From Nannocystales bacterium (GTDB taxonomy: Bacteria; Myxococcota_A; Polyangia; Nannocystales; Nannocystaceae): DNA of 64,000 nucleotides. The notes below the pieces were generated by a model. That model was not told the origin of the DNA and did no database searches. It worked only from the letters and a program-made list of their open reading frames with translations. The translations under genes were made by a program, and so were the position numbers. How positions within the stretch are numbered: the first letter of the stretch is position 1; each line of letters opens with the position of its first letter. Location: NCBI GenBank assembly GCA_050633305.1, contig JBOEGF010000015.1, positions 32,001 through 96,000 of the forward strand, written 5' to 3'. Shown here one piece after another: positions 20,738-30,540 of this stretch.

Positions 20738-21446
20738 TCACCGCGCACTTTTGTTGGGTCTGACCTCCGCCTGTCTCTTGGCATGCGGTGGTGGAGGCTC
20801 GAGCTCGAGCAGCAGCTCCGGTTCGACCGGCGGCACCGACACGCAAACATCCGGACCGACAACGGGCCCCTCAGGGACTGAGGGCGAGACAGAGGACTCC
20901 GTCGACGAGTCCGGCGGGCCACAACCGGGCGACCAGGCCCCTTCAGCTCGGCCCCGCGTCAAGTTCAAGACAGCCGAGCGCTACGCCTCCGACCTCTCGA
21001 ACGCGCTGTCGCTACCCCGCGAAGCGCTGTGTTCCGAACTCGATGCCTTCGACTGCGTCAACGTCCACCGTATCGCGCTTGGCGAGGTCGACGCCTTTGG
21101 TCTGCGGCTGTTCGAACCGCTGGAGACCATGCCGATCACCGCACCGATCGCCGTGGACCGCATCGCCCTGTCGGCCTGCGGGGAGCGGGCGGCCCAGGAC
21201 TTCTCCGATTCGGGCAACGCCGCTTCGTTCCAGGAAGTCGCAGGCGGAGATGCTTCGGACGCCTCCGGCCGCGACGCGGTCGTGGAACGCTTGTACCGAC
21301 AGCTGCTCCTTCGCGAGGCCACCGAGGCCGAGACCGACGCGGTGAGTTCCATGTATGCGGATCTCCCCGAAAGCGATCGCGCCCAAACCTGGGCTCAGAT
21401 GGCGTGCTTCGTCATCGCAACTTCCACCGAGGCGTTGTTCTACTAA
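20727..21446 (+). CDS. Hypothetical lipoprotein of the CxxCH operon
   Basis: Lipobox CLLAC and a Ser/Thr/Gly linker; overlaps the upstream gene. Confidence 0.75.
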   Translation: MSLDHRALLLGLTSACLLACGGGGSSSSSSSGSTGGTDTQTSGPTTGPSGTEGETEDSVDESGGPQPGDQAPSARPRVKFKTAERYASDLSNALSLPREALCSELDAFDCVNVHRIALGEVDAFGLRLFEPLETMPITAPIAVDRIALSACGERAAQDFSDSGNAASFQEVAGGDASDASGRDAVVERLYRQLLLREATEAETDAVSSMYADLPESDRAQTWAQMACFVIATSTEALFY

Positions 21447-22957
21447 TGTCACACTCCAAGATCACCAGGCGTCGTGCATTGCAGGGCCTCACCGCGGGAG
21501 CGGCGGGGGGGTTTGCGGGGCTGTCCGGGATTCGCCCCGGACGTGCAGGAGGCTCGCAAGATCCTCGGTTCCTCATCGTCATGTGCGCCTCAGGCGGGGC
21601 GTCGATCATCGACGGTCCGCTTGCCATCAGCACGACCGAGGCTGGGGTCGCCGCACCCACGCTCAACTGCTTTCCAGACTTCGTCATGGGGGACTTCGAT
21701 CCTTCGATCCCCTTCTCGGCCGTCGACGCTTCGCTCGGCTCGGTCGGGCCGATTCCAGTCCCGTTCACCACCGGCCAGGCGCAGTTCGTCAACGCGCACC
21801 ACGACGACATGCTCGTCTCGACGCTGACCACCACCAGCGTCAACCATCAGGTCGCACAGGCGCGCGCTGTGACGGGTAACGGGGCGTGGCGAGGCCGCAC
21901 CATTCAGGAGGCGGTGGCCAACCAATATGGCGCAGCCTTCCCCCTGCCCAACGTCCATCTCACAACGGGCACCGACTTCACCCAACGCGGTGGCGACGAG
22001 TCTTTGCCCGCGTGGGCCTACGGTGAGCAGGTTGCCAACCCGGCGCTGTGGCCCCTCGCGCTGGACGGCTCGCGCGGCACCTCGCACCCGGTCGACCCGG
22101 CCGTGCTCGCCACAGCGCGAACGCTCCGCAACGATGTCCTCGACGTAAACTCCCGCTTCAACCAGGCGTTCGCGGGAAGTAACGGCGTCCGGACCTGGAC
22201 AGGACTGCGGGGCTCCAACCAAGCCTCGATCGAACAAGCGTCTCTCATCGACCAGCTCTTGTTCGTGCCCGACGAGGCTCCGTACAACCTCAGCGCACGT
22301 GGGCTGCAGCCCTCGCCCGACGCCGCCCTCGTACGAAACGCGTTCCCCAACTACGACTGGGACCCCCTCCATGCCCAGGCTGCGCTCGCATTCTTGCTGA
22401 TCAAGAACCGCGTCAGCGTCACTGTCACCATCGGGCCGAGCTTCGACCTCGTGCTCGAGGACGGCACCTCCCTCGGCGGCGGCGGCTTGCCCGAGGGCTC
22501 GATGGCCAACCCTCCGATCGCCTTCGACTTTTCACACCAGGCCCACCGCGCCACACAAGCGTTCATGTGGAGCCGCCTGTACGAGGTCGCCAACGGGCTG
22601 ATCACCTTGTTGCAGGGCGAGGAGTGGGAGGGCGGACAGAGCCTTTGGGACCGGACCATGATCCATGTGGCGACCGACTTCGGCCGCTCAAAAAACCGGG
22701 TCGCGAATGCCGGCGAGTTCGGCACCGGGCACGACCTCAACAATGGCCTCCTGACCATCTCGCCGATGGTGGCAGGCAACACCGTGCTCGGTGGGCGCGA
22801 CCCTTCCACCGGGATGACGTATGGGTTCGACCCCGGAACCGGAACGCCGGACACGGGACGGAACATGACCGAGGAGGAGATCTTCGGAGGCCTGCTCGGC
22901 GTGCTCGGCGTCGACACGGACGGCGAGACCGACTCGGTCCCCGCGATGGAAGCCTGA
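21446..22957 (+). CDS. Tat-exported DUF1501/DUF1552-like protein
   Basis: ITRRRALQGL Tat signal, FDFSH, DRTMIHVATDFGRS, GTGH. TAATG coupling to the upstream gene. Confidence 0.75.
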   Translation: MSHSKITRRRALQGLTAGAAGGFAGLSGIRPGRAGGSQDPRFLIVMCASGGASIIDGPLAISTTEAGVAAPTLNCFPDFVMGDFDPSIPFSAVDASLGSVGPIPVPFTTGQAQFVNAHHDDMLVSTLTTTSVNHQVAQARAVTGNGAWRGRTIQEAVANQYGAAFPLPNVHLTTGTDFTQRGGDESLPAWAYGEQVANPALWPLALDGSRGTSHPVDPAVLATARTLRNDVLDVNSRFNQAFAGSNGVRTWTGLRGSNQASIEQASLIDQLLFVPDEAPYNLSARGLQPSPDAALVRNAFPNYDWDPLHAQAALAFLLIKNRVSVTVTIGPSFDLVLEDGTSLGGGGLPEGSMANPPIAFDFSHQAHRATQAFMWSRLYEVANGLITLLQGEEWEGGQSLWDRTMIHVATDFGRSKNRVANAGEFGTGHDLNNGLLTISPMVAGNTVLGGRDPSTGMTYGFDPGTGTPDTGRNMTEEEIFGGLLGVLGVDTDGETDSVPAMEA

Positions 22958-23119
22958 GCGCCACGCCATCAGGCCTCGGCTCGGTCCTCTCCCGCTGCGG
23001 CGACGAGGACATGAGACGGAGGCCCTGCTGCGGTCCTCCGCGACCTCCATGCTGCTCCAGGGGCTGAACCGGCCCCCGCGCTACGCATCCGGAGGCAACC
23101 ATGAAACCATTGGGTCCGC

Positions 23120-25867
23120 GTGGATTCGACGACCATCGTGACCGGCGGTCGCCCGGCTACGGACGCACCCACTCCCCCGCCCGACCAAGTGGGGCGCTAC
23201 GAGTTGGGGCGGCTCCTGGGTGCGGGAGCCATGGGTTCGGTCTATCTCGGCTACGACCCCCAACTCGACCGAGAGGTCGCGATCAAGCTGCTGCACTCGG
23301 GGGACACCCAACAACGACTGTTGAGAGAGGCGAGAGCGGCAGCCCGAATCCGTCATCCCAACGTGGTCCGGATCTTCGACGTCGGCGAGTTCGAACGGGA
23401 GCCGGGCCAGCCAGGCGTGTTCATGGTGATGGACTTCGTCCCGGGGCGGGACATGGTGGCGTGGCTCGCCGACACCCCAAAGCCCGCGGCGATTGTCGAG
23501 ATGTTCGTGCAGGCTGGAAAGGGGTTGGCTGCCGCCCATGAGGCCGGCGTCCTGCACCGCGACTTCAAGGCCTCGAACGTCTTGATCGACGAAGGGGGAC
23601 GCGCGCTGGTCCTGGACTTCGGGCTCGCGCGCGGCCTCTCGGCCAAAGCTGTCGAGGTCGAGCCCGACTCGACATCACGGGATGAGGGCCTGCCGATCGA
23701 CTTCGATCTCACCGCGGTGGGCGCTGTCGTCGGAACACCGCGTTACATGTCACCCGAACAGCACAGCGGAAAGCCGCTCGACGGTCGCTCCGACCAATAC
23801 AGCTTCTGCGTCGCGCTGTGCGCCGCTCTGGGGCACTACCCCTTCGCGGATAGCGAGGCTCGAGCGATGCTCCTCGACAAACTCGAGGGCAACATCGATC
23901 TGTCCGAAGTCCCGCTGTCAGCTCGGGCGCGTAAGGCCGTGGCGCGTGGACTCTCTTCGAGCCCGCAGGACCGATGGCCGCAGATGTCGGATCTGCTCCA
24001 CGCGATGACAGTGCGCCCGATCTCCCACGTTCTTGTGCCCGGGCTCGCCGCACTCGCCCTCGGTGTCGGAGCGACCGCGGCCACGATGAGCCCGGGTGCC
24101 GCGACAGCCTGCGACGAGGAGGCGTTGCTGAGTGCGGACCACTGGAACGACGAAACTCGCGCAGCGATCCTGGCGGCTGAGACGACCCCGCGAGACACGA
24201 CCGCCGAGTTCGTCCACACCCAGCTCGACCGCGCAGCGACGAGGCTCGATGATGCCCTGCGAAGCTTGTGCCGAGCCGAAGCGTCTGGCGCGTTGTCCTC
24301 GGCCGAGGTTTCCCGACGGCAAGCGTGCCTTGAAGGCCAAGCCCTCCAACTGGGATCGGTCGTCTCCAGGCTCACCGACCCCAGTTCCGATGCTCGGCAC
24401 ACCGCAGACATCCTCAGCCTGCTTCCGCCGGTCCGAAGCTGCGAGGATGCCTCGGCCACAGACTCCAAGCCCCTCCGCGAGCGCCTGTTCACGCTGAGGA
24501 TCCAGATCGCCGAGCACGACTTCGACACTGCAGCCGCACAGCTCCCGAGCGTGCTGCACGACGCCCGCGCGACGGAAAACGACGGGCTTGTCGCAGAGGT
24601 TCTGCTCGTCGCTTCGATGCTCCACCAACGCCGCCACGATCTGGATGCGCTGATGGAGACCAGCACCGAGGCGTTGATGCTGGCGGAACGCAGCGGACGC
24701 GAGGAGGTTGCCGTCGATGCTCTGCTCGCTCGCGCCGAAGCCCTGGGCAGTGGCCGCACCGAGCAACTTGCCGAAGCACGGCGAGCGATCGAACTCGCGC
24801 TCGCCAAGGTTCAGCGCAGGGACGGCAGTGCCGCCAACCGCCTCAGCCGAGTGCAGTACCAGGACGCGATCCTGTGCGAGCGCGAGCTTTCGGAGCGCCT
24901 ACCCCGTGCAACACCGGAGGTCTGCCTGGACGCGGCGAGGGCCGCGGTCAGCTCGAGCGAGGACGGCCCGCTTCCCGATCGCGCCCGGGCGCTCAACATC
25001 GGCGCCAACCTTGCCGCCCGCGCAGGAGAGCTCGAAGAGGCGAAGGTGATGATCGACGCATCCATGAACGCCCGCGTCGAGCTGTCCGGCGAGAACCACC
25101 CTTCGCTGATCGTCGGGCTTCGGGTACGCGCCCGGGTGGCCGCGGCGAGCGATGACTTGCAGGCGGCCCGGACAGACCTCGAGCGCGCCTTGCAGATCAC
25201 GGCGACCGACCCGGAAGCACTCGCCCAGACGGCCGCGTTCCTCAACGTCGAGCTCGGCGGGACCTTGAAGTCTCAAGGCGACTTCGCAGGTGCGCTCGAG
25301 CGCTACGCTCGCGCCATTCCCGAGCTTCCGCCCCGCTTCGCCGTGCCCGTGCATACCAACATCGGGTTCATGAAGTTCCTCCTCGGCGACTACGAGCAAG
25401 CCCTCACTGCCGTGGACGAGACTCTCGCCCTCGAGAAGACCGCCTCGCCTCGCGCTCCCAGGGTCCGGGCCGAGATGTTCACCTTGCAAGCCGACATTCT
25501 CTTGCGAATGGGCCGAACGGTTGACGCCCTGGAGGCTGCGCGGCGGGGGCACGCGCTGGTCGATGGCGACGCAAACGCCCGAGGTGACCTGCGAGCACAG
25601 GCGCTCATCGTTCTGGCCTCGGCCCAACGCCGGACGGGGGACAAAGCGAGCGCACAGGTTTCCCTTCGCGAGGCCACCGCCGTGCTCGACAGCCTCCCGG
25701 TCGACCGTGTCGACTCCCGAGCGCGTGCCTGGATGGAGGAGGGACTGTTGCTGGACGATCGGAAGCGCTTGGAACAAGCAGCTGCCGCTCTGTCCAGGGA
25801 CCCGGCCAATGCGAGGATCCGCGCTGACCTCGAGACTGCGCTCGCATCCGCTACCATCACTCGATGA
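23120..25867 (+). CDS. Membrane Ser/Thr protein kinase with TPR region
   Basis: LGAGAMG, VAIK, HRDFKASN, DFG, GTPRYMSPE, then a TM segment and TPR-like repeats. Confidence 0.93.
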   Translation: MDSTTIVTGGRPATDAPTPPPDQVGRYELGRLLGAGAMGSVYLGYDPQLDREVAIKLLHSGDTQQRLLREARAAARIRHPNVVRIFDVGEFEREPGQPGVFMVMDFVPGRDMVAWLADTPKPAAIVEMFVQAGKGLAAAHEAGVLHRDFKASNVLIDEGGRALVLDFGLARGLSAKAVEVEPDSTSRDEGLPIDFDLTAVGAVVGTPRYMSPEQHSGKPLDGRSDQYSFCVALCAALGHYPFADSEARAMLLDKLEGNIDLSEVPLSARARKAVARGLSSSPQDRWPQMSDLLHAMTVRPISHVLVPGLAALALGVGATAATMSPGAATACDEEALLSADHWNDETRAAILAAETTPRDTTAEFVHTQLDRAATRLDDALRSLCRAEASGALSSAEVSRRQACLEGQALQLGSVVSRLTDPSSDARHTADILSLLPPVRSCEDASATDSKPLRERLFTLRIQIAEHDFDTAAAQLPSVLHDARATENDGLVAEVLLVASMLHQRRHDLDALMETSTEALMLAERSGREEVAVDALLARAEALGSGRTEQLAEARRAIELALAKVQRRDGSAANRLSRVQYQDAILCERELSERLPRATPEVCLDAARAAVSSSEDGPLPDRARALNIGANLAARAGELEEAKVMIDASMNARVELSGENHPSLIVGLRVRARVAAASDDLQAARTDLERALQITATDPEALAQTAAFLNVELGGTLKSQGDFAGALERYARAIPELPPRFAVPVHTNIGFMKFLLGDYEQALTAVDETLALEKTASPRAPRVRAEMFTLQADILLRMGRTVDALEAARRGHALVDGDANARGDLRAQALIVLASAQRRTGDKASAQVSLREATAVLDSLPVDRVDSRARAWMEEGLLLDDRKRLEQAAAALSRDPANARIRADLETALASATITR

Positions 25868-26478
25868 CGTCGGACGCCACGACGCGACACGGCCCTCGCG
25901 CAGAGCTTGGGGAGACGCGCCCGGTGCTCCTCATCACCCGTGGGCCTGGTCGCGGACGCACGCATGTTCTCGAGCCCCACGCCGTCGTCCTTCTGGGCAA
26001 GTCCGATGCCGCAGACCTGCACCTCCCCTACAGTGGCGTATCCCGGCAACACGCCCGCGTCACCTTCGTGCCTGGGTCTGGCCTCCGAGTGGAAGACCTC
26101 GGCTCAACCAACGGGACCTTCATCGAAACCCGCCGTGTGGCGGAGGGCGGCGTCTTCGTCGAGGCTGGCGCTCGGCTCGTCCTCGGTTCGGAGACAGAGG
26201 TGGTGCTTCGTGTCTATCGACCGGAGGAACTCCAGAGACTCGAGGCTGCACTGACGGCTGCCGACAACCTCGCCCAACTCAGCGAACGCGAGCGGGAGGT
26301 CGCCTATGCCGTGGCTGACGGATTGACATCCGCCGCCGTCGCAAAACGCCTATTCATCAGCCCACGAACCGTCACGACCCACCTCGACCGAATCTACGCG
26401 CGGCTCGACCTTCCCAGCCGCGCAGCGCTGACCCGGCTCGTGATCGAAGCGCGCGCCGTGATGCCCGATCAGCTTTGA
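25864..26478 (+). CDS. FHA domain plus LuxR-type HTH regulator
   Basis: FHA motifs GVSRQHA and DLGSTNGT; LuxR HTH LSEREREV...ISPRTVTTHL; ATGA overlap with the kinase. Confidence 0.9.
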   Translation: MTSDATTRHGPRAELGETRPVLLITRGPGRGRTHVLEPHAVVLLGKSDAADLHLPYSGVSRQHARVTFVPGSGLRVEDLGSTNGTFIETRRVAEGGVFVEAGARLVLGSETEVVLRVYRPEELQRLEAALTAADNLAQLSEREREVAYAVADGLTSAAVAKRLFISPRTVTTHLDRIYARLDLPSRAALTRLVIEARAVMPDQL

Positions 26479-26630
26479 CCGCACTGAGCGGCCCTGCACG
26501 GGACGGACGAGGCATGCGCGGCTGTCCGGTCGCTGAATCCGGTTATGTGACGTACGTCGTGGCGGCCGCACGCTGTGGCTGGTCACCGGGCGACGACCGT
26601 CCGGCAATCCGAGTTACTCTCGGATTCACG

Positions 26631-27449
26631 ATGGTTCGCGTTCAAGCTCTTCTGGGAATGGCGCTCGCAAGCACCGCGTGCACGTCACCTCCGGAAGCTC
26701 GGGGACGGGACCCCCAACCGACCCGAAGCACCGAAACTCCCCCGAGCCCCATTGACGTGGATCTCCGGTTCGCCAGGGTGGCGGAGCGAGACGAGTCCGT
26801 GGAGGACCTTCTGGAATTTGTCGCCATTGATCTCCGGAGTCAGAAGAATCTCGATGGCATCGAGGTGACGATGCAACCGGGGACCACGGAGGAAGGTCGA
26901 GTGCTTCGCGGGCCCAGCCAGAGCGCGCTGTCCGGATACCTGCAATCCGTCCTCGCCCGGAAGCCTGAGCTCGAGCCGCGCTCGAACCTGCAGCTCGCGT
27001 GGGGCCGGGTTGTCGGGCGAACGAGAGACGGACTCGCGACCACAACGGTCCGCGCGTACTGGTTAGAGCAAGAGTCTCAACTCGAGATCGCGCGGGTCCT
27101 TGATGCCGCGGTCAAGCAGGACGAGTTCACGGGACTGGACACCTTCGTCCTGACCCTGGAAGACCACGACAAGCAGGCCTTTGGTCAGCTCACGACGGAT
27201 GCACTCGACCACATGATCGCCGTCGTCGTTGGCGGTGAAGTCATCTCAGCGCCGATCGTTCGCGATCCCATACCCGGCGGCGTCGTCCATGTCACCATGG
27301 GTGCCGCCATGTCTGCCCAGGGTCCTGGCTCTGCGGAAGCTTTTGGCCGAAGCCTGCTCGGTGACGAGTGGGTCCGCGTGCAGGCGGTGAAGCGCGAGGA
27401 CAGCATCGGCGGCCTGCGCTGGGTTTGGGACGAGTGGGGCTCGCCCTAG
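26631..27449 (+). CDS. Lipoprotein with a SecDF P1-head-like domain
   Basis: Lipobox ASTAC; FGQLT...IAVVVGGEVISAPIVRDPIPGG matches the SecD periplasmic head; no TM bundle. Confidence 0.7.
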   Translation: MVRVQALLGMALASTACTSPPEARGRDPQPTRSTETPPSPIDVDLRFARVAERDESVEDLLEFVAIDLRSQKNLDGIEVTMQPGTTEEGRVLRGPSQSALSGYLQSVLARKPELEPRSNLQLAWGRVVGRTRDGLATTTVRAYWLEQESQLEIARVLDAAVKQDEFTGLDTFVLTLEDHDKQAFGQLTTDALDHMIAVVVGGEVISAPIVRDPIPGGVVHVTMGAAMSAQGPGSAEAFGRSLLGDEWVRVQAVKREDSIGGLRWVWDEWGSP

Positions 27450-27472
27450 CGAGAGCCAGGAGGCGGCGTCGC

Positions 27473-28225
27473 TCAGCGTTTCTCGAGCGCCTTTCGAATG
27501 TCGTCCTCGAGCTTGCCCATGCAGTCTTCTTTGTACCCGTGGTACGAGCCGATGATCGTCCCCGTGGTGTCCACCACGTAGGTGAACGGGAAGTTGGGCG
27601 CACCGTACTGTCCGGCGTAGGACTCGCCGCCGAGCAAGACCTTGGCGCGGAGCTTTCGTTTCGCGACGAGTTTCTTGACGGGCTCGGCCTCCTCATCAGT
27701 TGCGATCGCAACCAGCGTCATGCCGGCCTTTCGGTACCGCCGGTAGAGACGGTCGAACTCGGGGAGTTCCTTGAGGCACGGTGCGCACCACGTGCCCCAA
27801 AAGTTCACCAGCATCACGCGCTTGCGATAGCGACCGTTGGTGACCTCCTTGCCCTCGAGATCCTTGAGGCGAAACGACTTGAGCTTGGTGCCGACGCCTG
27901 CGTCCCGGCCACAGCTGGCCTTGACCTTCTTGAACAGAGGCTTGGGAAGCGCGTTCGCAACCTTGGCGGGTGCGGGAGTCTCCGGCGTGGCCGCGGCTGG
28001 TTCCGGTTCCACCGGAGTCTCGGGTTCCGCCGGCTGGTCGGGTGACTCGGGTTCCGCAGGCGCTTCCGGTTCGGCGACGGCTTCGGGCTCCGAGACAGGC
28101 TCGGCCGGAGCAGCCTCGGCCGAGGCCATCGGTGCCGCCTGCTCCGGAGACGTCGGCGTAGGCTCAGCGGGTGCAGGTTTGCAAGCGATCGCAAGGAGCG
28201 CGAAAGGAGCGAGTCGTCGCAGCAT
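27473..28225 (-). CDS. TlpA-family thiol-disulfide oxidoreductase lipoprotein
   Basis: Lipobox LAIAC, Pro/Glu linker, VNFWGTWCAPC, FPFTYVVD. Confidence 0.9.
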   Translation of the reverse strand: MLRRLAPFALLAIACKPAPAEPTPTSPEQAAPMASAEAAPAEPVSEPEAVAEPEAPAEPESPDQPAEPETPVEPEPAAATPETPAPAKVANALPKPLFKKVKASCGRDAGVGTKLKSFRLKDLEGKEVTNGRYRKRVMLVNFWGTWCAPCLKELPEFDRLYRRYRKAGMTLVAIATDEEAEPVKKLVAKRKLRAKVLLGGESYAGQYGAPNFPFTYVVDTTGTIIGSYHGYKEDCMGKLEDDIRKALEKR

Positions 28226-28442
28226 CTCCTCAGACCCTACCCGCTTCGGAGACGAAACGTTACCTGAGGGATATCGAACCGGCCCATGCTCACGGACCAA
28301 AGCTCTGAGGCCGAGAATTGGCCCGGATGCTTCAGCGCGCCGGCGAAGTTGCGCCTGCGAAGCCGGGTCGCCGCGGACCGCTGCGCTCCGCGCGAGACCA
28401 GGCGGCACCTCGATGGTAGCGATGTCAGTTGAACACAGCGCT

Positions 28443-28461
28443 TGTCAGCGGTATGTCAGCT
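28443..28461. promoter_or_regulatory. Putative WYL-regulator operator (autoregulatory)
   Basis: TGTCAGCGGTATGTCAGCT is 16/19 identical to the site at 29783 and lies immediately before the WYL gene ATG. Confidence 0.6.
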
Positions 28462-28463
28462 GA

Positions 28464-29105
28464 ATGAAGCGCACGCAGCGGCTGTTCGCGCTCACCGAGT
28501 ACCTCCGGGGTCGTCGGACCGGCGTCACCGCGGCAGCGCTTGCGGAGCGCTTCGGCGTCACGCTGCGCACCATCTACCGAGACCTCGACTCCCTGCGCGA
28601 CGCCTCCTTGCCGCTCGCGGCTGAGCGTGGGCGGGGAGGTGGCTACGCGCTCGACAAGAGCTACAGCTTGCCGCCAGTCAACTTCACCGCACGTGAAGCG
28701 GCGCTGTTGATCGCGATGGGGCGCCATGCCATCGACACGCGTCTCATGCCCTTTACGGACACACTCCAGTCGGCGCTCGACAAAGTCCGCGCAGCGCTGA
28801 CCGGGTCCGCCCAGCGAGAGCTTCTGGCACGTCTCGGCGAGCTTTCGTTTCTCGGTGTGCCCGCGCTCCCCAGCGAGAAGAAGGTTCGTGCCGCGGTGGA
28901 ACGGGCCTGGTTCGAGCAACGGCCGCTGCGCATCGTTTATGTGGACGGCAACCTCGTCGAGACGACGCGGCGGATACGGATCCACGGCGTCGTGATGGAG
29001 CGCCACGAGACCCGGCTCGACGCCGAAGACCTCGACGCAGAGAAGCGCCGCCACTTTCGGCTCGACCGCATCGTGCGCGCCGTGGTGCTCCGCGCCGAGG
29101 TCTGA
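28464..29105 (+). CDS. YafY-family HTH-WYL transcriptional regulator
   Basis: MKRTQRL..LAERFGVTLRTIYRDL HTH, GRGGGY, and the WYL end RHFRLDRI. Confidence 0.9.
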   Translation: MKRTQRLFALTEYLRGRRTGVTAAALAERFGVTLRTIYRDLDSLRDASLPLAAERGRGGGYALDKSYSLPPVNFTAREAALLIAMGRHAIDTRLMPFTDTLQSALDKVRAALTGSAQRELLARLGELSFLGVPALPSEKKVRAAVERAWFEQRPLRIVYVDGNLVETTRRIRIHGVVMERHETRLDAEDLDAEKRRHFRLDRIVRAVVLRAEV

Positions 29106-29109
29106 CGGC

Positions 29110-29721
29110 TCAGGCCGCAGTCAGCTTCTGATTGGCGGGGCGTGCCGAACAACGCTCGACCCACGCGGCCAAGTTGGGGAACGCGGTGAGGTCGATGCCG
29201 CAGAAGCTCATCCAATGGAAATGCGACACGAGGTGGAAGTCCACCACAGAGACGTTGTCACCGAGCATGTACTGCCGCTCTGCGAGGTTGGATTCGACCA
29301 TCGCGTTGAGCCGATCGATATCCTTGCGAGCCTCAGCCCCCGCGGCGGCGTTGCGCAGGGCCTCTTCGCCCTGGGTGTTGCCGAGCCAACGACCCACGGC
29401 AGCGCTCAACGAGACGTTGGCCCACACCAGCCACTTCAGAGCCTCTCCACGCTCCGGTCCAGGTTTCGGATACAGGCCCTTCTCCACCCCGAACGTCTCG
29501 CCGAGGTAGATCTGGATGGCGGCCGACTCGAAGATGACCGTCCCGTCGTGGACGAGCACGGGCACGGCCATGTTCGGGTTCACGGGGCCAAGTTTTGCTT
29601 TCTTGTCGGCGTCGTCCTTGAGGTCGACCTGGACGCCCTCGTACGGGATCTGGAGTTCCTCGAGGCTCCAGTGAACAGTCGAGGCGGTGGACATGGGGGC
29701 GAAATAGAAGGTGATGCTCAT
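29110..29721 (-). CDS. Glutathione S-transferase family protein
   Basis: VNPNMAVPVL..IFESAAIQIYL and FPNLAAWVERCSARPA. Confidence 0.92.
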   Translation of the reverse strand: MSITFYFAPMSTASTVHWSLEELQIPYEGVQVDLKDDADKKAKLGPVNPNMAVPVLVHDGTVIFESAAIQIYLGETFGVEKGLYPKPGPERGEALKWLVWANVSLSAAVGRWLGNTQGEEALRNAAAGAEARKDIDRLNAMVESNLAERQYMLGDNVSVVDFHLVSHFHWMSFCGIDLTAFPNLAAWVERCSARPANQKLTAA

Positions 29722-29782
29722 GTGATTCCCTGCGGTTGGGCGCGTCGTGGCGCCTGTTCGATGTCCTTCTCCCACACCGGAA

Positions 29783-29801
29783 TGACAGCCTTATGTCAGC
29801 T
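29783..29801. promoter_or_regulatory. Putative WYL-regulator operator TGACA-N6-TGTCA upstream of the GST
   Basis: TGACAGCCTTATGTCAGCT has perfect 5-bp inverted arms and lies about 60 nt upstream of the GST start. Confidence 0.65.
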
Positions 29802-29884
29802 TTGTTTTCTGGAGTCTCGGGAGCTTTCGCGACGCTCGCGCGCGGTGGTCCGGGCGGCCGGGTGCCTGTGTCACCCTTTCGGGT

Positions 29885-30514
29885 GTGAAGGTCATCGGAG
29901 CCGGATTGTCGCGGACGGGGACGATGTCGATGCGAGCTGCCCTCGAACGGTTGCTCGGCGGCCCGTGCCACCACATGGAGGTCGTCGCCAAGGACCGCGT
30001 CCAACTCGACCACTGGCACGGGTGGGCACTGGACGGTCAGCCCCTCAACCTCGCTGCGATGTACGCCGACTACGCCGCCTGTGTCGACGCCCCGTCATGT
30101 TTCGTCTGGCGCGAACTCATGCAGCAGTACCCCGATGCAAAGGTCGTCCTCACCGTGCGGGACCCAGAGCGGTGGTTCACCAGCTTTGAGGGTCTGTACC
30201 GAACCACGCGTTGGGCTCGTCCGCTCGGTCTGGTCTCCAAGCAGATCCGGCGGTTCGTGGAGCTGACCGAGGCGATCATCGAACGGGAGCTAGGGGCAGT
30301 GGACCACGACGCCAACATCGAGACATTCGAACGACACAACGAAGCGGTGCAAGCAGAAGTCCCCGCGGACAATCTGCTCGTCTTCAATGTGGCGGAGGGC
30401 TGGGCACCGCTGTGCGAGTTCCTGGAGATGCCCATTCCTTCGGAGCCCTTCCCACACCTCAATGAGGGGGTCGCGACGATCCGCGAGAAGTTCAAAGAGT
30501 TCGCGCGCTCGTAG
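29885..30514 (+). CDS. Sulfotransferase family (Sulfotransfer_4-like) protein
   Basis: VIGAGLSRTGTMS, YPDAKVVLTVRDPERW, EGWAPLCEFL, PFPHLN. Confidence 0.88.
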   Translation: MKVIGAGLSRTGTMSMRAALERLLGGPCHHMEVVAKDRVQLDHWHGWALDGQPLNLAAMYADYAACVDAPSCFVWRELMQQYPDAKVVLTVRDPERWFTSFEGLYRTTRWARPLGLVSKQIRRFVELTEAIIERELGAVDHDANIETFERHNEAVQAEVPADNLLVFNVAEGWAPLCEFLEMPIPSEPFPHLNEGVATIREKFKEFARS

Positions 30515-30540
30515 ATCGTCCGACAGGGAGCGCCGGGAGG

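Noticed and set aside
23101..23541. GGAGG+ATG 146-aa ORF overlapping the kinase start in another frame
   Set aside because: The product is an Arg/Gly-rich shadow translation; a small frameshift or a chance RBS cannot be distinguished from sequence alone.
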